The notes below the pieces were generated by a model. It saw nothing but the letters and a program-made list of their open reading frames with translations, made no database searches and was not told the origin of the DNA. The position numbers were made by a program, and so were the translations under genes. Below are positions 1 to 10,500 of a DNA stretch of 26,500 nucleotides, in pieces. This DNA is from Candidatus Zixiibacteriota bacterium (GTDB lineage Bacteria; Zixibacteria; MSB-5A5; JAABVY01; JAHJOQ01). The stretch is from assembly GCA_024275215.1 (NCBI GenBank), contig JAJRZO010000053.1:1-26500 (forward strand). Reading direction: 5' to 3'. How positions within the stretch are numbered: position 1 is the first letter of the stretch; every line of letters begins with the position of its first letter.

Positions 1-1
1 A

Positions 2-160
2 GGTAAAATCGCGGAAGCCTGTCTCAGGATCATCAACGATCCGGTACTGAAAGCAAACATCGAAAGCGGAGCTGTAACCCGTGTTGCAAAGGAATTCTCG
101 ATCACAACACAGTGCGAAAGAATCATCAACCTCTACACAGAATTGCTAACAGAACTATGA
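2..160 (+). CDS. C-terminal fragment of a probable GT4 (GT-B fold) glycosyltransferase, truncated by the window start
   Basis: Frame 2 is open from the edge: GKIAEACLRIINDPVLKANIESGAVTRVAKEFSITTQCERIINLYTELLTEL*. This resembles the C-terminal helices of GT4 enzymes. Its TGA overlaps the next ATG (ATGA, 157-160). Confidence 0.7.
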   Translation, partial: GKIAEACLRIINDPVLKANIESGAVTRVAKEFSITTQCERIINLYTELLTEL

Positions 161-1383
161 GGATTCTCCACATTTCACATCTCCTGCCGTATCCACCGAA
201 GGGTGGCAGCTCGCTTCGTAATTTCAATCTCCTGCGCGAAGCATCGGAGAGACATGAGATTCACATGCTGACATTCTATCAGAAGGCTCATCTTGACAAG
301 CAATCCGATCTCCGGAACAGCATTGAAAAGATGAAAGATTACTGTGAAGTTCTTGAGGTGTTCGAGATTCCTACGGATGGTCATCCCCTTGCATGGTATT
401 CGTTGCTTGGAATGAATTTTTTCTCAGCCTGGCCATATTCAGCATGGAAATTTCATTCAAAGAAGATGGTTGACGCCATCAGAAAATACACATCTGCAAA
501 CAAATACGATGTTCTCGAAATAGCGACTATTGCACTTGCCGGGTACCGGGAACTTGCGCCGGAACTGCCAAGCCTGATGGTTCACCAGAATGTCGAATCC
601 GAACTTCTGCTCATGCGCGCCAAGACACTCGGCAACCCTCTGGCAAGGGCTTACATGACATATCAGGGAAGAAAACTGCAAAGATATGAGCAGATCGCTT
701 GTGAGAGATTTGATTTTCACACTACCGTATCTGATCGCGACGGAGATATGCTGAGAGCCATGAAGCCGGACATAAATGTCGTAACTGTACCGAATGGCGT
801 TGATACCGAGTATTTTGCGCCCGGTGATGATCCGGCAGAAGACAACAGCATGGTTTTTGTTGGGGGTATGAGCTGGTATCCGAATCTCGATGCAATGCTC
901 TATTTCATCCGCGAAATATGGCATATGATCAAAGCTGAAATACATGATGTCACCATGACGCATGTCGGAAAGCAATCATCAAAAGAAATCCTTGATTTTT
1001 GCAAAGTAAATTCCGGTTTTTATACGGCAGGATTTGTCGATGATGTAAGACCCTATATATCCAAAGCGGCGGTCTATGTCGTGCCGATCAGGGTTGGCGG
1101 TGGAACAAGACTCAAGATTCTTGATGCTATGGCTATGGGCAAAGCGATTGTCAGCACAACAATCGGATGTGAGGGCATTGATGTAACCGATGGCAAAGAT
1201 ATTGTAATAGCCGATACGCCGGAAGAAATCGCTTCGAGGACTATCGAGTTATTTCGAGATAAAAATCGTCGGGATGAACTTGGAAAAAACGCCAGAAAGA
1301 CCGCCGTAAATTTATACTCGTGGAAAAAGATATACCCACGTCTCGAAAGTGTCTATCAGCGTCTCGCAGGGATGAGGAAATAG
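157..1383 (+). CDS. GT4 family glycosyltransferase (GT-B fold), polysaccharide biosynthesis
   Basis: N-terminal MRILHISHLLPYPPKGG, VPNGVD, FVGGMSWYPNLDA and VVPIRVGGGTRLKILDAMAMGKAIVST motifs. Start placed at ATG 157 rather than 112 because of the ATGA coupling with the upstream gene. Confidence 0.9.
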   Translation: MRILHISHLLPYPPKGGSSLRNFNLLREASERHEIHMLTFYQKAHLDKQSDLRNSIEKMKDYCEVLEVFEIPTDGHPLAWYSLLGMNFFSAWPYSAWKFHSKKMVDAIRKYTSANKYDVLEIATIALAGYRELAPELPSLMVHQNVESELLLMRAKTLGNPLARAYMTYQGRKLQRYEQIACERFDFHTTVSDRDGDMLRAMKPDINVVTVPNGVDTEYFAPGDDPAEDNSMVFVGGMSWYPNLDAMLYFIREIWHMIKAEIHDVTMTHVGKQSSKEILDFCKVNSGFYTAGFVDDVRPYISKAAVYVVPIRVGGGTRLKILDAMAMGKAIVSTTIGCEGIDVTDGKDIVIADTPEEIASRTIELFRDKNRRDELGKNARKTAVNLYSWKKIYPRLESVYQRLAGMRK

Positions 1384-1385
1384 CA

Positions 1386-2753
1386 ATGCTTCCATGGATA
1401 ACCAGAAATCTTGTATATCTTCCGATCCAGGCGATCAGAGGTGAACGAGTATTGGAATACATGGATGACATAAAAAGATTCCATGAGTTGCCATTTTCTC
1501 AAAAGCGCGAGATCCAGTGGCAACGGCTGATAAGACTTCTGAAATATACGTACGACAATAACAAATACTATCGAAATCTGTTCGATGATAACGGGATTGA
1601 TGTTTGGAGTATTTCCAGCCCGGAGGATTTCAGGCGTCTGCCATTTCTTGAAAAAGATACTATCCGAACAAGAGCTTCCGAAATGCGTTCGGATTATCCG
1701 GGCAGAGTATCAGCACGCAAAACATCAGGATCAACCGGAATTCCACTACACTTTGTAAAAGACAGGGATGCCACTGCAAATATGGATGCACTCATGTACG
1801 AAGTATATGGCTGGCATGGTATCGGTATCGGAGACCGGCAGGCACGGCTCTGGGGAGTACCGCTCAGTCGCAGGGGTGCAATCGTCACAACAATCAAAGA
1901 CATGCTTCTCAATCGTATCCGGCTTAATGCGTTCATGTTGACAGAAGAGTCTTGCGTGGATTTCTATTCTCGGCTGAAGAGTTTCAAACCGAAGTTTATG
2001 TATGGACTTCCGAGCACAATTGTAGCATTTATCCGACATCTTGCAAGGAGGAATATCGATCTGGCATCACTCAACCTGCAAACTGTCATTTCAACTGGAG
2101 AAATACTGTCAGATTCTGACAGAAAAATAATAGCATCAGCGTTCGGATGCAGTGTCGCCAACGAGTATGGCAGCACTGAAAACGGCATTATCGCATTCGA
2201 GTCGCCGGATGGCATGATGCGTCAGATGATGCACAATTTATATATTGAAATACTCGATCCTGACAGCATGACGCCTGTCGAACCGGGAGAGACCGGAGAG
2301 ATCGTCATCACTGAACTCAATTCGTACGCAATGCCATTCATACGATACCGCGTTGGTGACAGAGCTGTGCAGGGCGAACCGGAGCCTGATAATTCAAGGC
2401 AACTGCCGTCAATCCAACGGATCACAGGCAGAATGTCGGAATTGATCGAGACACCGGAAGGGAACCGAGTGGCGGCAGCGATTCTCGACTACACTCTTGT
2501 CGATGGTATAAGGCGCTTTAAGGCATTCCAGGACAATGTCGATTCTATAGATGTTATGATTGAAACTGACAATGACTTTGACGAATCATCACTCGACAGG
2601 ATTGAGACGAAATGGAGAGAATATCTGGGTGACAGGATAAAAATCATCTTCCGCATTGTCGATAGAATCCCCCCCGATCCAAGCGGGAAGCTGACAGTCC
2701 TTGAATCCAGTTTGAACAGATCGACTCACTCGCAAAACAACCTGAGAGAATAG
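1386..2753 (+). CDS. Phenylacetate-CoA ligase-like (PaaK/CapK family) adenylate-forming enzyme
   Basis: ANL-superfamily motifs KTSGSTGIP (P-loop), NEYGSTE, RYRVGD, ITGR and C-terminal PSGKL. Start placed at ATG 1386, after GAGG at 1374-1377 and 2 nt after the upstream stop. Confidence 0.85.
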   Translation: MLPWITRNLVYLPIQAIRGERVLEYMDDIKRFHELPFSQKREIQWQRLIRLLKYTYDNNKYYRNLFDDNGIDVWSISSPEDFRRLPFLEKDTIRTRASEMRSDYPGRVSARKTSGSTGIPLHFVKDRDATANMDALMYEVYGWHGIGIGDRQARLWGVPLSRRGAIVTTIKDMLLNRIRLNAFMLTEESCVDFYSRLKSFKPKFMYGLPSTIVAFIRHLARRNIDLASLNLQTVISTGEILSDSDRKIIASAFGCSVANEYGSTENGIIAFESPDGMMRQMMHNLYIEILDPDSMTPVEPGETGEIVITELNSYAMPFIRYRVGDRAVQGEPEPDNSRQLPSIQRITGRMSELIETPEGNRVAAAILDYTLVDGIRRFKAFQDNVDSIDVMIETDNDFDESSLDRIETKWREYLGDRIKIIFRIVDRIPPDPSGKLTVLESSLNRSTHSQNNLRE

Positions 2754-2836
2754 GCAGCCGGGATGAGTTTTGAAAAACGAACGATAATAACTGTTTGCTG
2801 TAAGGTTGTGATGCAGAGCATCGAAAGCCGATTATA

Positions 2837-3550
2837 ATGAAACCACGTATTCTGATAATCATACCAGCGTACAATGAATCCGAGAATATCGGCAGAGTCA
2901 TTGATGATATTCGTGAGCACCTGCCCGATACAGAACTTATCGTGGTAAATGATTGCTCATCAGATGACACCGAAGCGGCGGTTATTCGCGCGGGCGAAAA
3001 AGTACTGTCGCTGCCGTTCAATCTTGGAATCGGGGGCGCGGTTCAAACCGGACTCAGATATGCCCGCGATCGGAGATTCGACATCGCTTTGCAGGTTGAC
3101 GGTGACGGTCAGCATCCCGCAAGCGAAATAGACAAGATCATAGCTCCGATACTCGACAGTAAAGCTGATGTAGTGATAGGGTCGCGATTCCTTGGTGAGG
3201 GCAAGTTCAAATCATCGTTCAGCAGGAGAATCGGCATAAGGATAATTTCGTTGTTTAATTCGATCCTGACAGGCAGGAAAATCACGGATAACACTTCCGG
3301 ATTTCGCGCATACAACAAGGCGGCAATCGCATTTCTGGCGGACTATTACCCGCAGGATTATCCCGAACCGGTAGCTATCATCGACTTGTTCAAAAATGGG
3401 TTCCGGATAATAGAAGTCCCTGTGGTGATGCGCGAACGTGAAGCAGGGATCTCATCGATCGGAGCTTTTGGTTCGATGTACTATATGATCAAAGTCGTTG
3501 TCGCTAACCTGATAGCATTTACGAGAAAATCAATCAGCAGGGAGAAATGA
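2837..3550 (+). CDS. GT2 family glycosyltransferase, polyprenol-phosphate sugar synthase-like (DPM1/GtrB-like)
   Basis: IIIPAYNE, VVNDCSSDDT, NLGIGGAVQTG, QVDGDGQH (DxD), VIGSRF and DNTSGFRAY motifs. Confidence 0.9.
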   Translation: MKPRILIIIPAYNESENIGRVIDDIREHLPDTELIVVNDCSSDDTEAAVIRAGEKVLSLPFNLGIGGAVQTGLRYARDRRFDIALQVDGDGQHPASEIDKIIAPILDSKADVVIGSRFLGEGKFKSSFSRRIGIRIISLFNSILTGRKITDNTSGFRAYNKAAIAFLADYYPQDYPEPVAIIDLFKNGFRIIEVPVVMREREAGISSIGAFGSMYYMIKVVVANLIAFTRKSISREK

Positions 3551-3909
3551 TTATGGTAAGCCCGTTTCAGGTGGTAGCTATCGTATCGAGTCTGCTGATC
3601 ATCCTCTTCGTGATTTCTCTGATAAGAAAGCGTAAATTGCGCGAGGAATACTCGATTCTCTGGATAATCGGCGGGCTGGTGCTGATAGTATTTTCGATTT
3701 GGCGCGATCTTGTAGACATTATAGCAAGAATGGCAGGGGTTGCGTATCCTCCGGCAGTACTGCTGCTGATCGGGATTTTCTTTGCAGTGCTCATGTTCCT
3801 GCATTTCACTGTTGTCATATCGAGACAGGAAGATCGGAATAAAGCACTCGCACAGGAAATTGCGCTGCTCAAGAATCGAATCAAGGAACTCGAAAAGAAG
3901 TCCGAATAA
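3547..3909 (+). CDS. DUF2304-like small membrane protein (three TM helices plus C-terminal coiled coil)
   Basis: 120 aa with the typical pattern IRKRKLREEYSILW...GVAYPPAVLL...LAQEIALL. ATGA overlap with the GT2 stop. Confidence 0.85.
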   Translation: MIMVSPFQVVAIVSSLLIILFVISLIRKRKLREEYSILWIIGGLVLIVFSIWRDLVDIIARMAGVAYPPAVLLLIGIFFAVLMFLHFTVVISRQEDRNKALAQEIALLKNRIKELEKKSE

Positions 3910-3964
3910 CTGCGGCGCAGCAGCTTCGAGCCTTTACACTGCAATCTTGTACGGAGCAGACAGA

Positions 3965-5623
3965 TTGAAACAAGCAAGAAAACTATCCACGCAGTCGAAC
4001 AGACATCTGCTGATTTCACTGCTGCTTTTTGGGATCACTCTCGCAGTCTATCTGCTCATTCGATCTAACATATTCAATGGCGATGGCCTCGGATATGCAA
4101 GGATAGTAGAGTCTGCCGATATGAACAAACTTTTCTCAATATCGGCACGATTGCTTTATTGCCCTCTCGGAAGATTGATTCTGAACATAACACAGTTCCT
4201 GGGTATAGACATCAGATCCGTTTACCTGCTCCAGTATATGAACTCAGTATTCGGTGCGCTCGGAGTCGCGGTGATATTTCTTGCGGCATATCGTCTGTTC
4301 GGGAGTGTCGGTCGAGGACTTCTCGCGGCAACAGGACTTGCATCATCGCTGGCCTACTGGTTCTGGTGTACAAATGCGACATCTTATCCGGGAAATGTAT
4401 TTTTCCTGATCGTAACAATCTACCTCCTGATAAGGCTGACAGAGGCTGATAAGACCAGAGAATATATAGCAATATCAATCTTCATAGGATTAAGTCATGC
4501 TCTGGCGGGGCTTTTCTGGCTGACTGCGATTCTGCTTGTGCCTGCCGTATTTCTGAGTGTCATATTTGCCGGATCAGGATTGACCGTGAGAACACGAATC
4601 ACCGCTGTTGCTGCTTACCTGTTATCAATGGGGCTGTTCATGTTCCTGCCCCTGTTGATCGCTGCTTTTGCCACGGGCGGAATCACATCGATATTCGATT
4701 TCCCGCGATGGCTGACCGCTGCATCTTATGGTATTCCGCCTAAGCTGAGCCTGATCAACTTCTTTCGTGGAATAATCGGATTCTCGTCGAGCGTCGTGAG
4801 TTTAATCTACATTGGTCCGGTTGTGAAACAGGCAATCTGGGGAACACCCTTCATCGTAGAGAATACAACAAGACTCTATCTTGAAATAGCGATGTTCGCA
4901 GTCTTATGGCTATTCATAGCCGTTATGTCTTTTCGACTCATCAGACACAGGAAAGCAGTATATACCGCAAATGGCAAACAACTTCTGATATTTATTGCAT
5001 GGGCGTTGATACCTGCCGTCTTCGGACTAATCTGGCTCGGATCCGATACGGAACGATGGTTGGCAATCCTGCCAGTGTTCTGGCTGGTAGTGTCACAGCC
5101 GATTTCAGGTCCTGACAGACAAACAGGGAAGGGAATATTTATCTGGTCGTTTGTCGGGATTGTCCTGATATTCAATCTTGCTTTCTTTGCCATTCCTGAT
5201 CACAATCCGAAGAACAATCACTACATGGAGACCGCACGCGCTCTCGACAAACATATGCAACCGGGTGATCTGGTTCTGATCTGGGGGCATGACAATGTAT
5301 TCACTTCCGACCATCTGATTTATTTTTTCAAGCATGATGCAATCCCTGTCGGTCAGGTCGGACGAGAGAACCCCAAACAGGCTTTCACATTTATTCGCGA
5401 TGAGATAGAAAAACACTTGAATAACAATCAGCAGGTGTTTGTCAGCGGTCGGCTCTTTCTCGAAGAAGATCTTCCCGAATCACACATCTCGGAAAGCGAA
5501 GTAAATATCAGCCGGGAGCAGTACGGCGCGTTTCTCTCGGCGTGGTATCGCACCAAGGCATTCAATCTTGGCAAGGATACTTACTGGCTGCTGCATCAAC
5601 CAGATACGAGCGCTCATGATTAG
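3965..5623 (+). CDS. Polytopic membrane protein, putative GT-C fold glycosyltransferase (ArnT/PMT-like)
   Basis: About 10-11 hydrophobic segments, an acidic first external loop (NGDGLGY), a late ERW motif and a soluble C-terminal domain. Start reassigned to the in-frame TTG at 3965 with GGAG at 3953-3956; the listed 3782 start overlaps DUF2304. Function is inferred from topology and context. Confidence 0.55.
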   Translation: MKQARKLSTQSNRHLLISLLLFGITLAVYLLIRSNIFNGDGLGYARIVESADMNKLFSISARLLYCPLGRLILNITQFLGIDIRSVYLLQYMNSVFGALGVAVIFLAAYRLFGSVGRGLLAATGLASSLAYWFWCTNATSYPGNVFFLIVTIYLLIRLTEADKTREYIAISIFIGLSHALAGLFWLTAILLVPAVFLSVIFAGSGLTVRTRITAVAAYLLSMGLFMFLPLLIAAFATGGITSIFDFPRWLTAASYGIPPKLSLINFFRGIIGFSSSVVSLIYIGPVVKQAIWGTPFIVENTTRLYLEIAMFAVLWLFIAVMSFRLIRHRKAVYTANGKQLLIFIAWALIPAVFGLIWLGSDTERWLAILPVFWLVVSQPISGPDRQTGKGIFIWSFVGIVLIFNLAFFAIPDHNPKNNHYMETARALDKHMQPGDLVLIWGHDNVFTSDHLIYFFKHDAIPVGQVGRENPKQAFTFIRDEIEKHLNNNQQVFVSGRLFLEEDLPESHISESEVNISREQYGAFLSAWYRTKAFNLGKDTYWLLHQPDTSAHD

Positions 5624-7155
5624 CGACTTGGATCACTGTCATGTCTGTTATAGATGGTCCTGCTCAAATCAATCACAGTACAAATTGAATCGCTATAAAC
5701 AAACCCATCCGACATAGCCATGAAAGGTTTCGGGAGTCCCTCTCCGTAAGTGGTAACAACAAGATAATCGTAATATGGCAGCACTTGCATGAATTGTGAT
5801 GTGTCTGATGGTAACCATGCTTCATGAAGTCGGGGCAATTTCAGGCTCGGTTTGACACCAGCCACCTGCGGTTGATCAGTAAACAGGAACGGGCTGAATC
5901 CACCGTATTCGAGGTGATAGTAAGATATCGCATGCATCATATACGGCACATTACTCTCAAGAAAAGCATTGCTGACAGGGAAAATCCTGCTGCCTGAAGG
6001 TATTGTGGCAGATAATGTATTGACATAGCCGGCAGTAAGCCGGTTGATCAATCTCGTATGAATCGTGCGCTGACCGATGGAAATCACTGACAACACCACG
6101 GCTATGATAATTACCAGTTTTCTGGATATTTCCTTCCTGATAACAAATGACCCGACCACAGAGACAGCTCCAAAAACAGCCAGCCTCGAACTCAATTCCC
6201 ATCCCCCAATGAACAAGCTTCTTGGCACTATGACAGATGCAGCCCATACGGCGATTCCGAAATATAAAAGAAATCCTCTATTGATGATCTTCTCTTTGAA
6301 GATCACGAGCACTATGAAAAACATTCCAAGCAACCCGAATCTGACGGCATCGAAAACTGCTATTTTTGTAATGAAGAACCGTATTGCTCCGGTAAACTGA
6401 TGGAAAAGAGTGCTGTAAACTGCCAGAGTATTCGACGAGGCAACAAGATCACCGCTATTCAACATTCGCATTGTATAGAATGCAAGCAAGACAAGGGAGG
6501 GTGCAAGAATGAGTGTCAAGTATGCCATTTGTGACAGCAGGGGAACCTCAGATCGCTTTGGATCATCATGCGTGTACCGATTCGACCAGATCAGAGCAAG
6601 TATCCCGATTCCGTATGCGGCAAAGTTCATAAAGTGGCTCAGGTAGATTAGCAAACTTACTGCAGAAGAAAGCAACACCAGCCTCAATGGAAAGCCGCGC
6701 CTCATGACGCGCTTGAGGACTGCAAGGCCACAGAATACCAGAGGAATCCCAATTACATAAGGTATAAACCCAAAATCGAAGAAATACGTGTAGATAAATG
6801 CGAACGAAAAAAGCGAAAGAAACCTGTTGTCCGGATTGAACTCATTATAAAACCAGCGAACACTCAGGGGAAGACCTGTCACATACAGCCCAAGAACTAA
6901 TTTGGTGGCAACCAGGTAGCCAAGAAGTCTCACTAACGGATACATTACGAGGTAAAAAAGTATATATGGTGACACCACCCAATCCGCCGACAGGAATTGC
7001 GTGTTCAATACATCGGCATGCAGAGCTGCCAGCAAAATATGATTTGGCAAATCGACAGATGGAATATACTTAAACGCAAGCAGGGGGAAAAGGCTGGCAA
7101 CACACAGGACAGCGAATAGTAAATCTTCTAATTTATTTTTCAAGTCTCCCCACAC
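5620..7155 (-). CDS. Polytopic membrane protein of unknown function, GT-C-like topology
   Basis: 511-aa ORF with a GTG start, many TM segments, first-loop motif PSVDLPNH, GFIPY and a soluble C-terminal region. The CDS is solid; the function is inferred. Confidence 0.55.
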   Translation of the reverse strand: MWGDLKNKLEDLLFAVLCVASLFPLLAFKYIPSVDLPNHILLAALHADVLNTQFLSADWVVSPYILFYLVMYPLVRLLGYLVATKLVLGLYVTGLPLSVRWFYNEFNPDNRFLSLFSFAFIYTYFFDFGFIPYVIGIPLVFCGLAVLKRVMRRGFPLRLVLLSSAVSLLIYLSHFMNFAAYGIGILALIWSNRYTHDDPKRSEVPLLSQMAYLTLILAPSLVLLAFYTMRMLNSGDLVASSNTLAVYSTLFHQFTGAIRFFITKIAVFDAVRFGLLGMFFIVLVIFKEKIINRGFLLYFGIAVWAASVIVPRSLFIGGWELSSRLAVFGAVSVVGSFVIRKEISRKLVIIIAVVLSVISIGQRTIHTRLINRLTAGYVNTLSATIPSGSRIFPVSNAFLESNVPYMMHAISYYHLEYGGFSPFLFTDQPQVAGVKPSLKLPRLHEAWLPSDTSQFMQVLPYYDYLVVTTYGEGLPKPFMAMSDGFVYSDSICTVIDLSRTIYNRHDSDPSR

Positions 7156-7594
7156 ATCAAACAGTGATCTTGCCGACTGAACAAGACATACGAAGGAACT
7201 AACATACTGTAGTATCTCGAAATATGCAAGCTACAGATGCACAACTGCCGGACCCACATCCTCGCCGGGATCATACTATATTATTAGACAATAAGTTATA
7301 AATAACTGCCGCCAGCCGGCAGATATGGGAATGTATTTTCTACATTACAGGTAGACATTTAGTTCAGTTTCTGATCAATTTCCATAGGATGAACAGGCTA
7401 CATTGGATTTTTGTTGCAAAGTGAAATTATCATTCGTAGATATCCTGTTGACATTACACGCCATAGGGCACCGTTGATAAACATCGTGGACTGGTACGTA
7501 TTCTGCGGTGAAGTATGGCTGAGTCTTCGCCGATTCTAAGGTGTAGAGTTTATATATTTGTAACAACGTTCCTGGACATACAGAGGCATAAGCT

Positions 7595-10500
7595 ATGATT
7601 AAAAGAGTGTTCCTATCGCTTATAATATTCAGTATCTGCGTAATTCCGGCAGACGCGGGTACGGTTTATTATGTAACCAAGTCAGGCAGTGATTCCTACA
7701 ACGGTCGCTCATGGTCTGCGGCGTGGGAGACTCTGGACAAAGTCAACAACATGGTTCAGCCCGGTGACACAGTTTTCTTCGGGACAGGTATATGGTACAA
7801 CTCCATGATTAATCCACCTCCTGGCGGAGATGCCAACAATGTCACGGTCTATGCCTGCTCCACATTTTCAGAAGCAAGCCGGGGACTTGCGAAGATTTAC
7901 GGGGGCGATCTCTTAACAGGGTGGTCTGTCTATAGCGGTAACATCTATAAGAAGATTTGGGATGGGCCAAGGACCTATGTTTTAGGGCAAAACAATCGAC
8001 TTCTGATACCGGTTTCATCAGCCGGGAGCATTACTCAGCCGGGGCAATTTCACTTTGATGAAGGCTCACAGACTGTCTATGCCTGGCTTTATGGTTCTGC
8101 GAATCCCAATAATGAAACAATGATCATCGCCCGCAAACAGGCGGTAGTGTTTAATCAGGAGAATACCGACTACATCAGGATATGGGGATTGGCGCTGGGT
8201 TATGGCAAGCCCGAAGTCATCTCTTATGCAGCAAAATGTAAATACACTTCAATTGAGCATTGCGACATATACTGCGGAGGATATGAAACCGACGGAAATG
8301 GTGGAGGAATACTGTATTATGCTTATGATGGAGGAAAGAATGCGGCAGACAGCTCGACATACGGCAGATACAACAAAGTCATAGCATGTACGATCGGCAA
8401 CCTGATGGAGGAACGTGGATCAGCATACAGTCATGGCATCGCAACATATTGTGAACAATATGTTTTGATCGAATCGTGTTATGTTTACCCCCCGATAGGG
8501 AACGGAATCTACTTCAAAGACAGGCTCGAATCTCAAACGCATATTGGAAATGTCGCTAAGTTTAACACGATTTATGGCACACAGCAATCTGCGATAATGT
8601 GGACGGCTCATGCCTACCAAGACAGTGCGTATGGCAACTTCATCTATGATTGCCACATTGGAATCATGAACTGGGGAAGTGCAACACCGCCCTTTGAAGG
8701 CCATATGTTCATTGCTAACAATACAATATATAATGTGGAATGCAAGGGGATCGCGCTCATTGAGAATGAATCCGGAGACTGTGGAGACAACAACATAGTG
8801 AAATACAACATCGTGGCTGGTACCGATCTGAGCGGTTGCGATGAGGATCAAGAGATCGTCGGTTTTGAGTATGTAAGTCCCCCATGCTATGAATCTTATA
8901 CGATTGATTCCAATATGTATTATGATGTCACAGACAATTTCCCCTGTGCCAGTGGAAACGAGTTCAGTATATGGCAGGGTTCATGCGGATACGATGAACA
9001 TGGGTTTTTTGGTACCAATCCCGGATTCGTTGATCCCGGATCGGGTGATTTCTCCAGACCCGGAGCCTCACCTGAGATGAACAGAGCAGACTACGGTGAT
9101 CGACAATGGACTCTGTGGGGTGCATGGCAGCCTTCTGGTGATTGTCCGACACCGAATGCCCCATCTCTTGTAAGCCCGTCAAATGGTGCGACCGGCCTTA
9201 GTCAGCCCGTCAATCTGGACTGGAGCAATGTAAGTGGTGCAACACTCTATCAGGTACAAGTCGATGACAATGCGAGCTTTGGTAGTCCGGAAATAAACGC
9301 CCAGCCAGTTTCTTCGAGTTATGGCGCTTCGGGACTGGATGAGCAAACTACCTACTACTGGCGCGCGCGGGCATATAACAGTTGCGGATGGGGAACCTGG
9401 AGTCTGATACGAATTTTTACCGTTGAGGAGGGGGGGTGTCCTCTTCCACCACCACCAACTCTTGCTTCGCCTGCCAATGGCGCATCAGATCTTGTTCAAC
9501 CGATCAATCTCGACTGGTATGATGTAAGTGGCGTTACCCTCTATCAGGTTCAGGTGGATAACAATCCTGATTTCAGCAATCCGGAGATTGATATTCAGCC
9601 ATCATCTTCGGGTTACACTGCCTCAGGTCTTGCAGAAGGGACAACCTACTACTGGCGTGCGCGGGCATATAACAGTTGCGGCTGGGGAAACTGGAGCGAT
9701 ACGAGGAATCTAACCACTGAAGAAGGCGGCTGTCCGCCACCATCCTCGCCAATACTGGATATACCTGCTGACGGAGCATCGAACCTCAGTGTACCGGTAC
9801 TTCTTGACTGGTATGATGTCAGCGGCGCTTCGCTTTATCAGGTTCAGGTAGATGACAATTCAGATTTCAGCAGCCCCCGTATCAGCGTACAGCCATCATC
9901 ATCATCCTACAGCGCCTATGGTCTGGATTCCGGGATGATGTTCTACTGGCGTGTTAGAGCTTACAATGAATGCGGCTGGGGAAGCTGGGGACCTGTGCGA
10001 AGTTTCACTATTGAGGGAGATTGCAACCCGCCACAACCGCCGGCATATCAGAGTCCTCCAAATGGCCTCTCGAACGTAGCCCAGCCGGTACCATTGAATT
10101 GGAGTGATGCCACAGGTGCTACTAAATACCAGTTGCAGGTCGATGAAAACTCAGGATTCATGAATCCGGAAGTCGATGTCGAACCGGTAGAGTCACAGTA
10201 CAGCGTGGATGGCCTGATGCCTTTGACCTACTACTACTGGCGGGTCAGATCATATAACTCCTGCGGTTGGGGAAGCTGGACATCTATCAGGTATTTTGTC
10301 ACTGATTCTCATGGCGGTTCCGATAATACGCCTCCTGTCATCTCAAATGTTTACGCAGATGATACTACATCTACTACAGCTACTGTCCATTGGACTACCG
10401 ACGAACTTGCCACATCGAGAGTATTTTATGCTGGCGGACTCTCCTCAGGTGACACCACAGATATTAACGAAAACTATGTCTATACTCACACTGTAATAGT

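Noticed and set aside
457-975. 172-aa - strand ORF, and the many other 60-190-aa ORFs nested in or antisense to the called genes
   Set aside because: They lie wholly or largely within strongly supported CDSs and show no family motifs or convincing RBS.
7156-7594. Divergent intergenic region with AGTTAT-AA-ATAACT (7294-7307), a TTGACA at 7448 and an 8-bp hairpin at 7506-7532
   Set aside because: Short elements in AT-rich DNA. The TTGACA has no properly spaced -10 box and no known riboswitch consensus is visible.
9430-9436. G7 run in the large secreted-protein gene as a phase-variation tract
   Set aside because: Short, and explained by the Glu-Gly-Gly linker codons that recur in the next repeat without a homopolymer.
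9143-10315. Regularly spaced repeats considered as a CRISPR array or mobile repeat
   Set aside because: The period is about 294 bp, in frame and protein-coding, with no short identical repeats or unique spacers. I saw no CRISPR array, tRNA, rRNA, transposase or integrase anywhere in the window.
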